IMG/VR virus record: IMGVR_UViG_3300020577_008743
Location: 1 to 64,000 of that record
Origin: a virus
Lineage: Duplodnaviria; Caudoviricetes
Reading direction: 5' to 3' (one strand)
DNA: 64,000 nt
Under the pieces are notes generated by a model. That model was not told where the DNA came from and ran no database searches. It was given only the letters and a program-made list of their open reading frames with translations. The translations under genes and the position numbers were made by a program. Numbering within the stretch: position 1 is the first letter of the stretch; every line of letters starts with the position of its first letter. Of this stretch, positions 39,550 through 48,696 are shown in pieces.

Positions 39550-39609
39550 GGAGCCGCTTAAAACTGGGTTATCAATTGGTGATTACTCCCCAGTCTAACT
39601 TTTCGCTCC
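39550..39609 (+). ncRNA. Y RNA-like 6 (minimal)
   Basis: GGAGC-CG..TTCGCTCC, ACTGGG/CCCAGT, TTATC. Confidence 0.75.
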
Positions 39610-39663
39610 TCCCGTTTAAACAAAGATTGCTGGGTTCAAACCTCTTTCTTTTAGCTGTTCAAA

Positions 39664-41609
39664 ATGACCTCTCACAGAAAAATTACCCCGTCTGAACGAA
39701 ATATTCTCCACCTCATAAATCGTAGCATAGCGGATTCAGAAGGCTGGTGTAATGTAAGTTCTGCCGTGTTTCCCCTTGTCAAAGACTTTGACTCTGAACT
39801 AGTTGAAATAAACGGCAACAAAATTCGGTTGACATCGGTAGGTAAGATACTTGCAGATTGGACTTGATTATGACCGACTCAGAACTAATACAAAATGCGG
39901 CTAAAGCCATCGGACTCATTGCAACCCCGATATTTACGGAAAATTTCGAGGGCCAGGAGTGGTGGGCGTATGAAGAAGGCAAGCCTACACAAACGCTAAG
40001 GCCGTGGAATCCTCTTGTGGATGATGGGGATGCCCTACGGTTGCTCGTAGAACTTGGAGACTATGTCCAGGAGGGGAGCTGGCCTTATATGTGGGGAGAG
40101 GCCCAAGAACAGGCTAAAGAAAACGATGGGCAAATAGACTGGTGTAAGGTTGTTCGTAGAACCATAGTAAAAGCTGCCGCCAATAAATGGTTAAGGATGG
40201 ATAGATCAAATGAAAAAGCAACCTCTAAATCCGCAGATTGAAAAACTTCTCGAGTTGTTAGACAAGGCCACGGAAGAACAACGAGGCAGCGAGAGGGCCC
40301 TGTACCTGTTGCTGAAACTCAATGTCGCTGTTCTTCCTGAACTGGATTACAGTTTTCACAAGGCTTTCAGACAGTATGATGTAACTGAGTCCGGTGAAAT
40401 GGATATGGCAATCTGGCATCTTTTAGGGGTTTCAAAGACGTTCTGGGAGGTGTTCGGGAAAATTACCGGAACAGATGATGAGGAGCCCGGCGAAGATGGC
40501 TAGAATAGAACTTATCTTCCCCGAGGAAGGATACCGTGAAGTAATCGGTGAAAGAGCACTCACTTTGGAAGAGGCTTTTGAAGCAGGAGTATTTTGGGCG
40601 ACCAGGCAGTTTCAAAGTAAATTCGGCATGTACTACCGCAAAGATGAGTGGGGAGAAAGAGACTACGTAGATGTAAAGTCCATTTTCCCCGATCATGTCA
40701 GGGACAAGATATGACCTGTAGGTTTTGCAACAAACCTTCCGTCAGTTACTACGATATATCTTTGACTGGTATTGGCAATTTCATTGAATACTGCAAGAAT
40801 CACCAGGAAGAGGCTCGTCAAAAGCGCGATGAGCATGATAGATATTGGGAAGAAATCCGAAAGGAAGTTATGAGGGAAAATGGCTAAAGTAACCTGGACA
40901 ATAGAGGATCACATATGTAGTTCTTGCGGGGGTCGAATAGTAAGATCAGCCAAGGGAACTGGTCCCACCCCTGGAGGAAATCCCGTATACAAGTGTTCTT
41001 TATGTGGTAAAGTTACAACAGAAATGGGAGGTCATTCCCTGTGTTGGTGCGGATATTCACAGAAATCCAATAACAACTCCCTTCCATATAAATGCGTTCC
41101 GTATTCGATATTAGAGAAATACCCTGACGGCTTAAGTTACTTTAAGTTTTGTGGATGTGATCCTAGGCGGGGAGGGGAAGTGGGAGTAATGTTAGAGGAG
41201 GATTGGAATGAACTTAGAAAAAAAGACATTGCCGTACAAGTCATACCACCAACAGCTGATTGAGGCTAACACCAAAACAGAGGCTCTTCGAGAACTAATC
41301 TCAACATTGGGTGAATTGTTGGTAAAAGAACAGGAAGCCCGTATTTTATACGAAGATGCTGTATGGAAAATGGTCAACGATGGTTGGTTAGTCCACGGTC
41401 CGGAAGGCATGAGTGAAGCTCAACAAGCTGTCTATGATGTTTGTAAAAATCATCCGGAGCTAAAAACTCGAATAAAACAAAAGCAAGAAGAACAGAGAAA
41501 TTACGAAGAAGCTACGAACAGAAATGTTCGGCTAGAATCCACTCCGGGAACATACGTACCAAATCCCAAACCCCTACCAGCCTGGCGTCGTTTGTTTCGC
41601 TGGCTGTAA
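39664..41609 (+). other. run of small hypothetical genes (39664-39867, 39858-40241, 40210-40503, ~40496-40714, ~40711-40887, 40880-41263, 41208-41609)
   Basis: overlapping + strand ORFs. Confidence 0.55.
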
Positions 41610-41615
41610 CCAAAT

Positions 41616-41743
41616 TTGAGCCGTTAGAATTTGATTATCCAATCGCAGGACGTGGTCAAAGGTTCGAATCCTTTCTCCCCCGCCATCAATGGGGGAGTAG
41701 CTCAGAGGTAGAGCACGTAAACTCGAATTCTGTTTTTGCTCAA
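41616..41743 (+). ncRNA. Y RNA-like 7 (tRNA-like domain)
   Basis: TTGAGC-CG..TTTGCTCAA, TTATC, AAAGGTTCGAATCCTTT, CTCCCCC/GGGGGAG, TAGCTCAGAGGTAGAGC. Confidence 0.88.
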
Positions 41744-41750
41744 TTCCAAT

Positions 41751-41881
41751 TTGGACCGAAGTTATTCAGTTATCGCTCCCAATGCGCCAGATCGGTTAAG
41801 TCCAGCACCCGTTGATTCATGGGTCGTAGTGTATAGAAGCACGGCGCATATTTTCAATTGATTAACGTTCACTTTGTCCAA
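41751..41881 (+). ncRNA. Y RNA-like 8 (degenerate tRNA-like domain)
   Basis: TTGGAC-CGAA..CTTTGTCCAA, TTATC, TGCGCC/GGCGCA enclosing T-, acceptor- and D-like hairpins. Confidence 0.8.
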
Positions 41882-41921
41882 CTCTGTTTTTACCCGTAGT
41901 AAACCAACCTGGAGAACCGAA

Positions 41922-43598
41922 ATGTCTGCAAAGAATCTTGTGAATCACCTCGTTCCGGGCCGCTATGCTTCCATTCCTGCGAAGCGTACTCCCGCCGCCC
42001 CGAAGGTGACCAAATCCACCAACCCGAACGCTGGCCTGCCGCCAGTGTCCACTTCTGCGTATCAGAAAACCGCCGCCGGCCAAGTTCAAAACTCGTCCGG
42101 AGCCTATGTTGGCAAATTGGATGTGTGGGCTCATCTGAATCGGTTTCTCATTCTCGGCACTTCCGGCTCGTCCTACTACGCCTCAGAGCGCAAGATGACC
42201 GTTGACATGGCCAAGGCCGTGGAAGCTGCAGTGAAATACAACGGCATTTCCACCGTCGATCTGATCGTGGAAATCAGCCAAGCCGGTGCCGCTCCAAAGA
42301 ATGATCCGGCCTTGCTGGCTCTGGCCATCTGCGTCGCCAAGGGGGATGATTCCACCAAGGCCTACGCAATGAACCAGCTGCCGAAGGTAGCCAGAATTTC
42401 GACTCACCTGTTCGATTTTCTGACCTACGTTCAGGCCATGAGAGGCTGGGGAAGAACCCTGAAAGAAGGTGTTGCCAACTGGTATACTTCCAAGGATCTG
42501 AACCCCTTAGCCATGCAGATGACGAAGTATCGTCAAAGAAATGGCTGGACTCACCGCGACGTTCTGAGACTGGCTCACCCGAAGCCCACCTCCGAGTCCA
42601 TGAACAATCTGTTCAAGTGGGCCATCAAAGGTCCAGAAGCACTGGAAAGAGGTGCGGAAATCCCTGAACAAGTCATCGGCTTCGAGAAGGCAAAGACCGC
42701 AGGTTCCGGTACTCTGGTCAAACTGATTCAGGATTACCGCCTGACCTGGGAGATGATTCCGACTGAGATGCTGAATGATGCCAACGTGTTTCACGCTCTA
42801 GTCATGAGCATGAATCTCGAGGCCATGATTCGCAATCTGCCGCGCATCACCAATCTCAACTTGTTGCTTACTCGGGAAGTCAGGGACCGTATTCTGAGTC
42901 TTCTGAGAAACGCAGAGGAGATCAAGGCCAAGCGGTACCATCCCCTCAAGGCTCTGGTGGCTAGAAAGACCTACGCCAGTGGCCGAGGTCTGAAGGGTAG
43001 CATGACCTGGGTACCCAACGCCGAGGTTGCCAGGGCCCTGGAAGACACGTTCTATCTGGGGTTCGATGCAGTGGAACCCACAGGCAAAAGACTTCTGTTG
43101 GGTATCGACGTCTCCGGCTCCATGACCATGGGCCAAGTAGGGGGCATGCCCCTTGCTCCGTACGAAGCTGTTGCCGCAATGGCAATGGTTACGGCACGTT
43201 GCGAACCTCTGGCAGAAATCCTCGGCTTTTCGTACAACCTGCAAGACCTTGGTATCAAGAACACCGATACTCTGGCCCAGGTTCTGAAGAAAGTGCAATT
43301 GGCTCGATTTGGAAGTACGAATCCCGGAGCACTAATTCAGTACGCAGCCAAGAAAGGCAATGTGGAAGGCCTGGTCGTCTACACCGACAACGAAGTGAAC
43401 CAAGGTTCCAGCGTTGCGGCAGAGATGAAGAAATATCGCACCAAGGCTTCTGTGGCCAGAGCAACGATGACTGTAGTCGGAATGACGGTCAACAATTTCA
43501 CCCTAGCCGACCCCAAAGATCCAGACATGCTCGACATTGTTGGATTCGATACCGCTGCTCCAGCAGTGATGTCCGAGTTCATCAAGGGCACTTTCTGA
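41922..43598 (+). CDS. rsr: Ro60/Rsr TROVE-vWA RNA-binding protein
   Basis: RFLILG, KYRQRNGWTHRDVLRLAHP, AMIRNL, IDVSGSM, YTDNE, MLDIVGFD. Confidence 0.95.
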   Translation: MSAKNLVNHLVPGRYASIPAKRTPAAPKVTKSTNPNAGLPPVSTSAYQKTAAGQVQNSSGAYVGKLDVWAHLNRFLILGTSGSSYYASERKMTVDMAKAVEAAVKYNGISTVDLIVEISQAGAAPKNDPALLALAICVAKGDDSTKAYAMNQLPKVARISTHLFDFLTYVQAMRGWGRTLKEGVANWYTSKDLNPLAMQMTKYRQRNGWTHRDVLRLAHPKPTSESMNNLFKWAIKGPEALERGAEIPEQVIGFEKAKTAGSGTLVKLIQDYRLTWEMIPTEMLNDANVFHALVMSMNLEAMIRNLPRITNLNLLLTREVRDRILSLLRNAEEIKAKRYHPLKALVARKTYASGRGLKGSMTWVPNAEVARALEDTFYLGFDAVEPTGKRLLLGIDVSGSMTMGQVGGMPLAPYEAVAAMAMVTARCEPLAEILGFSYNLQDLGIKNTDTLAQVLKKVQLARFGSTNPGALIQYAAKKGNVEGLVVYTDNEVNQGSSVAAEMKKYRTKASVARATMTVVGMTVNNFTLADPKDPDMLDIVGFDTAAPAVMSEFIKGTF

Positions 43599-43881
43599 TT
43601 TACAGTTTCACGTACTAGCCCAAAAACCGACTGGGTTGGTATTTTAGGGTGCAGAACATCGTACCCTTTTTTAGCCTTTACTTGGTATAAGGGAAATAAC
43701 GAGACGAATTATTTAAGGAGCAGTTATGGACGTGACGGGAAAGGATTCAAAATACTTACGTGGTGTTAAAGACACCCTATCGTGGGCACTTACCGGGAGC
43801 GGAACTAAGTTGCATCGCAGCGTCAGGGAAATTTCCGAGCTTATGCATAAGGCCGACGATGCAGAGAAGGCTGCCCTCACA

Positions 43882-44061
43882 CGATAGTTTGTTGGACCTC
43901 GTAGCAGTAGCTCTGGCCGTCAATTTTCTGGTTACCCTCTGGACTTGAAAGGATTCTTACCTTGCTCAACATCATTCGCAGCCTCATCACGGAACGGCTC
44001 AACGCCTACAAGAAGGAACGGGACGAGCTGATCAAAATCTCGAAACTTCCGTTGATCGTTC
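43882..44061 (+). repeat. 180-bp direct repeat, copy 1 (copy 2 at 44719-44898)
   Basis: identical by inspection; gives identical protein segments in two ORF pairs. Confidence 0.92.
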
Positions 44062-44066
44062 ATATG

Positions 44067-44612
44067 ATGGACGTGATAGGGAAGTCAGAAGAGTTCAAAC
44101 GAGGAGCAATAGAAGCTCTGACGTGGGCCCTGGAGCAGGGGCTGATTCCAAACGCCAAGACCTTCACTGCTTTGGCCATCGAGGGTCTGAAGAAAGAACT
44201 GGGGTCTGCTCAAGAACCTGAGCTCGAAACTTGGTGGGAACAAAGGGGGCTTGTCTCATACGGAGTGGGCAGAACCACATGGTCAGAATGGAGCAGAATA
44301 CCCGTCGAAGAGGTGGAACGATACAAACAATGGGCCGCAAAAACCCCTAACCGAGTGCAGATTCGAATGGTTCGACAAGTTTCTCGTACCTGTTTAGAGG
44401 TTATCTTTCCCACTGAACCAACCCCGCTGAATAGCAATGAAAAGGAACTCGAAACCCTTCTTCGTGAAGCCTGGTCCGTCATTCGCTGGCATTGTTTCGG
44501 CCAGTGCAGAACCGAGGGGGTGGAGGGTATGATTACTCCGGCAGAAATCGACGCCAAGATCCACGTCAAGTTGACCGGCAGAATGTCGGATCAGGAAAGG
44601 GCAGGGCAATGA
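44067..44612 (+). CDS. hypothetical protein (start affected by upstream insertion)
   Basis: MDVIGKSEE.. frame of ORF 43962-44612. Confidence 0.55.
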   Translation: MDVIGKSEEFKRGAIEALTWALEQGLIPNAKTFTALAIEGLKKELGSAQEPELETWWEQRGLVSYGVGRTTWSEWSRIPVEEVERYKQWAAKTPNRVQIRMVRQVSRTCLEVIFPTEPTPLNSNEKELETLLREAWSVIRWHCFGQCRTEGVEGMITPAEIDAKIHVKLTGRMSDQERAGQ

Positions 44613-44798
44613 CTGTCTTGATGAAAGCTACAATTACTCTGGCCGTTGTCTGGGGGATCTTGCTTTGCTGGAGCCATGATGAGCGATTGCGGGGCTGTCC
44701 TTGGTGTCGAGGAGTGGTCGATAGTTTGTTGGACCTCGTAGCAGTAGCTCTGGCCGTCAATTTTCTGGTTACCCTCTGGACTTGAAAGGATTCTTACC

Positions 44799-45299
44799 TT
44801 GCTCAACATCATTCGCAGCCTCATCACGGAACGGCTCAACGCCTACAAGAAGGAACGGGACGAGCTGATCAAAATCTCGAAACTTCCGTTGATCGTTCCG
44901 GCGGGTCAAACCCCCAACTACAGCCCAGAAATTCGTCGGTTGATTGCATATGTGGATGCCTATACGGACATCCTCAACCGCATCGACACCAAGGTAGTTG
45001 ACATTGCCGACGTTAGCCCGACAATGACGGAGGGGGAGAAACAGTTGGCAATGCTCAATTCCTTTCTGGGTGAAATCAGCCCGGAGAACTGGGTGACCGA
45101 AATCCTGGACCGTTCCAACCCGGAGACTGTCGAACGTCTGACCAAGGCCGTGGATTCGTTGACGTTCTGCCCGGCCAACTTTCCGGCCATGCTGTACCTG
45201 TGGTACATGAATAAGTTTCATCCGGCCACACCCAAGTTCGACGTTCCGATGGAACCCATCGACCCACCACAACCTCCCCCTGCTCCCGACGCAGCCTGA
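44799..45299 (+). CDS. hypothetical protein
   Basis: TTG start after AAAGGA. Confidence 0.6.
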   Translation: MLNIIRSLITERLNAYKKERDELIKISKLPLIVPAGQTPNYSPEIRRLIAYVDAYTDILNRIDTKVVDIADVSPTMTEGEKQLAMLNSFLGEISPENWVTEILDRSNPETVERLTKAVDSLTFCPANFPAMLYLWYMNKFHPATPKFDVPMEPIDPPQPPPAPDAA

Positions 45300-45309
45300 A
45301 AGGACCGCA

Positions 45310-45918
45310 ATGAGTCAGCCACCAGTTTACCGCAACACTCTCCCCGATCATCTGTTTCAGATGTACCCGCTGTTGAAACGTACCCTCACGCTGATTCAGC
45401 TGGGACACGCCGGTCAGTTGTACAACGGGCATCCTTACTGGCATCATCCGGTGCGGGTTGCCATGAGGCTGGAATCACTGTGGGTACAGAACGAGGGGTC
45501 TTTGCTGTATTCCGCTCTTCTTCACGACTTGATCGAAGATACTTCCCTGGAAGTCGATGATTTGAAGGAGTTCGGATATTCCGACACCGTGGTAAAAACG
45601 GTCAAAGCCCTGACTCATGATGCATTCGATACCCGGACGTACATGGAGTATGTCCAGGACATCACCATTCATCCGGAGTCTTTCGTTCGCCACGGAGCCA
45701 GCCTTGTCAAGTTGGCAGACCTGACGGAGAACGTGAACGGAGCCAGGTTTCTGCCCATGGAGAAAAGGGGAAGAATGGAACGTTACGGAAAGGCAATATC
45801 GGTCATTCAAGACTCTCTCATTCTTCACAGCCCCTGGGTAGCCCACTCCGTCCACGTCGGTGAGTTGGACGCAGCCAAGCTTGAGATGTGGTTCGGCCAT
45901 CCCCCAGCGTTTCTGTAA
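45310..45918 (+). CDS. HD-domain hydrolase ((p)ppGpp hydrolase/Mesh1-like)
   Basis: HAGQ..PYWHHP, ALLHDLIEDT, VKLAD..N. Confidence 0.8.
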   Translation: MSQPPVYRNTLPDHLFQMYPLLKRTLTLIQLGHAGQLYNGHPYWHHPVRVAMRLESLWVQNEGSLLYSALLHDLIEDTSLEVDDLKEFGYSDTVVKTVKALTHDAFDTRTYMEYVQDITIHPESFVRHGASLVKLADLTENVNGARFLPMEKRGRMERYGKAISVIQDSLILHSPWVAHSVHVGELDAAKLEMWFGHPPAFL

Positions 45919-45959
45919 CCGGCTCAAACCTGGTATAAGGAGTTGGAAGTAAAACAAGT

Positions 45960-46036
45960 CTGCCCGTAGCTCAGTTGGATAGAGCACCGAGCTTCTACCT
46001 CGGGTGTCGGGGGTTCGAATCCCTCCGGGCAGGCCA
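45960..46036 (+). tRNA. tRNA-Arg(UCU)
   Basis: cloverleaf, TCT, GCCA. Confidence 0.92.
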
Positions 46037-46093
46037 CTCTCATTTCGCAGTTTTCAACGAGGAAATTCACCTCGTTTTTTCGGAGTCGAAGCA

Positions 46094-46777
46094 ATGTACA
46101 CAGTAAGTCCGAATCTCAAACCTCTCACGCTCATTCCGGAAGTCTTTGAATACGTAGCAGGGAAAATTGAAAGGGACTACCGAGATTATGGTTATGTTTT
46201 CGGTCTCTGTTCCATCTTCAACAATCTAATCCATAATCCCTTATTTATAAATCCCCTCCCGTATTCAGATGTCGTATACAGAAAAAAAGCGGCGGAGTTT
46301 CACATGGCTCTATTGTCGGTTTTGATGAGCAAGAAATCCGGCAAAAACTACTGGTGGCCCTCCAACATCCTGTGGTTGCATAACGAACAGGTTTTAGCTT
46401 TATCCCCCCGAATCATCGCCTGTCAACTGGCTGCTGAAGTAGTCAGAGACATACCGAAAACTCCGACAGAGGCTTGGAGGAAAAAGTACTACAGAACGGC
46501 GGTGTTTTTGAACTGCAAAGCCACGGAAGGCCTATGCTGTCAGATGGCAAGCGAATCTCGAGAGTTGGTGACTAAATTTGGCCATTCGCACTGGTACGCA
46601 TGGGACTTAGAGGACGCCAGTAGAGCTTTATTGAAAGGACCGGGGAATAAAATCCGGACGACTTCAAAGAAAAGTGGCTACTGGTGGTACAATCCCCAAG
46701 AACGAAAACTGGCCCTGTCCGAACTGATTCACCGGGCCTTCATCGAAGACATTCGAAACCCCCTGCATATTTACTAA
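46094..46777 (+). CDS. hypothetical protein
   Basis: ORF track. Confidence 0.5.
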   Translation: MYTVSPNLKPLTLIPEVFEYVAGKIERDYRDYGYVFGLCSIFNNLIHNPLFINPLPYSDVVYRKKAAEFHMALLSVLMSKKSGKNYWWPSNILWLHNEQVLALSPRIIACQLAAEVVRDIPKTPTEAWRKKYYRTAVFLNCKATEGLCCQMASESRELVTKFGHSHWYAWDLEDASRALLKGPGNKIRTTSKKSGYWWYNPQERKLALSELIHRAFIEDIRNPLHIY

Positions 46778-46781
46778 CCGC

Positions 46782-47114
46782 ATGCTACAACTAAAATGGA
46801 TGGGAACCCTGCTCTGTGCAGCAGGGATTCTCCTAACCTCCTTCAACGTCTTTCCCCTCAACATCATTTTAGGGGGAATAGGCTCTTTTCTATGGGTGAT
46901 AGCCGCAGCAAAAGTGAAAGACAAGCCCCTGTTGACAATCGAGGCCTATGCGTGTATCGTATACGTGATGGGCCTTGTGACATGGTTTTTCTCTCCACCA
47001 CCGCCTCAAGCCGTAGAGAAAGTCTGTTCTCCACCTCCAATCACACAAAAAGGGCTCAAAAGGGATTGGGACGAAACCGATAGAATAGTAATAAGACCGT
47101 TGGATCCCCTATAA
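46782..47114 (+). CDS. small 3-TM membrane protein
   Basis: hydrophobic segments. Confidence 0.6.
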   Translation: MLQLKWMGTLLCAAGILLTSFNVFPLNIILGGIGSFLWVIAAAKVKDKPLLTIEAYACIVYVMGLVTWFFSPPPPQAVEKVCSPPPITQKGLKRDWDETDRIVIRPLDPL

Positions 47115-47116
47115 CT

Positions 47117-47206
47117 GGAAGAATGGCCGAGTGGTTAAGGCAACGGATTGCTAATCCGTCACTGACGTGAGTTGGTGCCAGGGTTCGATTCCCTGTTCTT
47201 CCGCCA
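47117..47206 (+). tRNA. tRNA-Ser(GCU)
   Basis: type II cloverleaf, GCT, GCCA. Confidence 0.92.
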
Positions 47207-47217
47207 ATATTCAAGGA

Positions 47218-47658
47218 ATGAAAATGAAGTATAGTCATTTTTACACCGCAGTTTTTGCAGCAGGAATACTGGGGGGTTTAGCCACTTGGTGGGTCACTTT
47301 GCCGCCTTTGTTTCAGGCTAGCGTTTACTGGATAGTGTTTTCTGGGTTTACGGTGCTGGTTGACCTATACATTGCGTACCGTCAGGTCAGCCTACAATCC
47401 AGTCAGGACTTTGATGCAAAAAGGATCAGTTTCTCCTTACTGCATGACATGATATTGGTTCAGTCAGGAAAAGACCGGGCCTTTGCTTGTTTGGTCGCCG
47501 TACTACTCCTGTCCCTATCCCTGTTTTTGACTCCACCAGCAACTGAGTATTTATATGGAGCGGTCTGCTATTTCAGCTGGTTCATGTTTACCCAGTCTAT
47601 ACTGGACTTGATATATTACTGGCGCAACTACAAACCCAGAGTGGACAAATTCATATGA
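47218..47658 (+). CDS. membrane protein
   Basis: 4 TM segments. Confidence 0.55.
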   Translation: MKMKYSHFYTAVFAAGILGGLATWWVTLPPLFQASVYWIVFSGFTVLVDLYIAYRQVSLQSSQDFDAKRISFSLLHDMILVQSGKDRAFACLVAVLLLSLSLFLTPPATEYLYGAVCYFSWFMFTQSILDLIYYWRNYKPRVDKFI

Positions 47659-48185
47659 ACATCTTCTTTCTAGCCGACGAACCAAGACGCTGTGCCATTA
47701 ACCACTGCGATAAACACGTCGTCAAAATGATTCTGGAATACGCCCAACTTTTGAGCACAGCAGTGGAACTCACAACCGGTACCGGTTTAGGGTATAAGAA
47801 AACGCATGAGAATCATCCGTGCTCTGTCTGGGTTCGTGAAAGTGCTGCCAATTTTTGGTGGTTATTCAACATGGCAACGTACCTGACCCGGGAATACAAC
47901 TTTCGTTACAACAAAGATCACAAATCTGCCGAAATTATTCAGAGGGCGGGGGCTTACACGCAGTTCTTTCCCGGCTATTCAGAGTACAAAATCCAAGACT
48001 TTAGCACGGCTCCACAATGCATGCCGGAAAGGTATCGGTCCAATTCTCTGTTTTACTCCTACCAGGTGTATTACATCGCTGAAAAACTTCGGTTTGCAAA
48101 ATGGAAAATGGATGGGCCCCCTCCCTGGACATTAGATTTGAAATGGATGCGTCCAGAAACAAAAGAACTATTAGGAATAGATTAA
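47655..48185 (+). CDS. pyrimidine-dimer DNA glycosylase (DenV-like) family protein
   Basis: MNIFFL, DKHVVKMILEYAQLLST, THENHPC, PQCMP. Confidence 0.75.
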   Translation: MNIFFLADEPRRCAINHCDKHVVKMILEYAQLLSTAVELTTGTGLGYKKTHENHPCSVWVRESAANFWWLFNMATYLTREYNFRYNKDHKSAEIIQRAGAYTQFFPGYSEYKIQDFSTAPQCMPERYRSNSLFYSYQVYYIAEKLRFAKWKMDGPPPWTLDLKWMRPETKELLGID

Positions 48186-48186
48186 C

Positions 48187-48696
48187 ATGAATGAAACAAT
48201 CATAGGAGACAGTACAGGAGATTTTCACATCCTTAAGGGGGGGTATATGACCCCTGCAAGCTCCGGGGATTACTCTCGTCTGACAGGAATGCAGCACCCC
48301 TGGAAAGACAGACATAGAGACATCTCTTGGCCCCTGCCCCCCGTTCAGTCCAAAGAACTTCCCCCGATGCAGCCTGAAACTCCGAAGGCTAAAAAAGAGG
48401 TCCCAGCTTCGGAATTTCTAGAGGAGGCTTCTAGAGTAATGAAGGCTAGAGCTGCTCAACGGGATGCCCAGAACGGCGAACGTAGCATGGCCAAAACCGT
48501 GGAAATGTTCAACGCCTATAAGGGAATAAGTCTGTCGGAATCCGACGGCTGGGTGTTCATGGTCCTACTCAAATTGGTGAGAGGATCTCAGGGCCAGTTT
48601 CACATGGACGATTACGTTGATGGGTCGGCGTACTTCAGCCTGCTGGGGGAAGCCGAATCAAAAGGGAGGGAACCCCGTGAAGATTCAAGTACTTAG
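48187..48696 (+). CDS. conserved phage protein (DUF6378-like)
   Basis: ERSM, MVLLKLVR, DDYVDG.AY. Confidence 0.6.
   Translation: MNETIIGDSTGDFHILKGGYMTPASSGDYSRLTGMQHPWKDRHRDISWPLPPVQSKELPPMQPETPKAKKEVPASEFLEEASRVMKARAAQRDAQNGERSMAKTVEMFNAYKGISLSESDGWVFMVLLKLVRGSQGQFHMDDYVDGSAYFSLLGEAESKGREPREDSST

Noticed and set aside
38524-39609. CRISPR array
   Set aside because: Units share structure and short motifs, not identical repeats; no cas genes in the window
43882-44898. Diversity-generating retroelement TR/VR pair
   Set aside because: The copies look identical (no adenine-specific differences) and there is no reverse transcriptase in the window
14549-47230. Theta/HDV-like ribozymes after tRNAs
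   Set aside because: The tRNA 3' trailers inspected run straight into A-rich spacers or genes, and no nested pseudoknot was seen by eye
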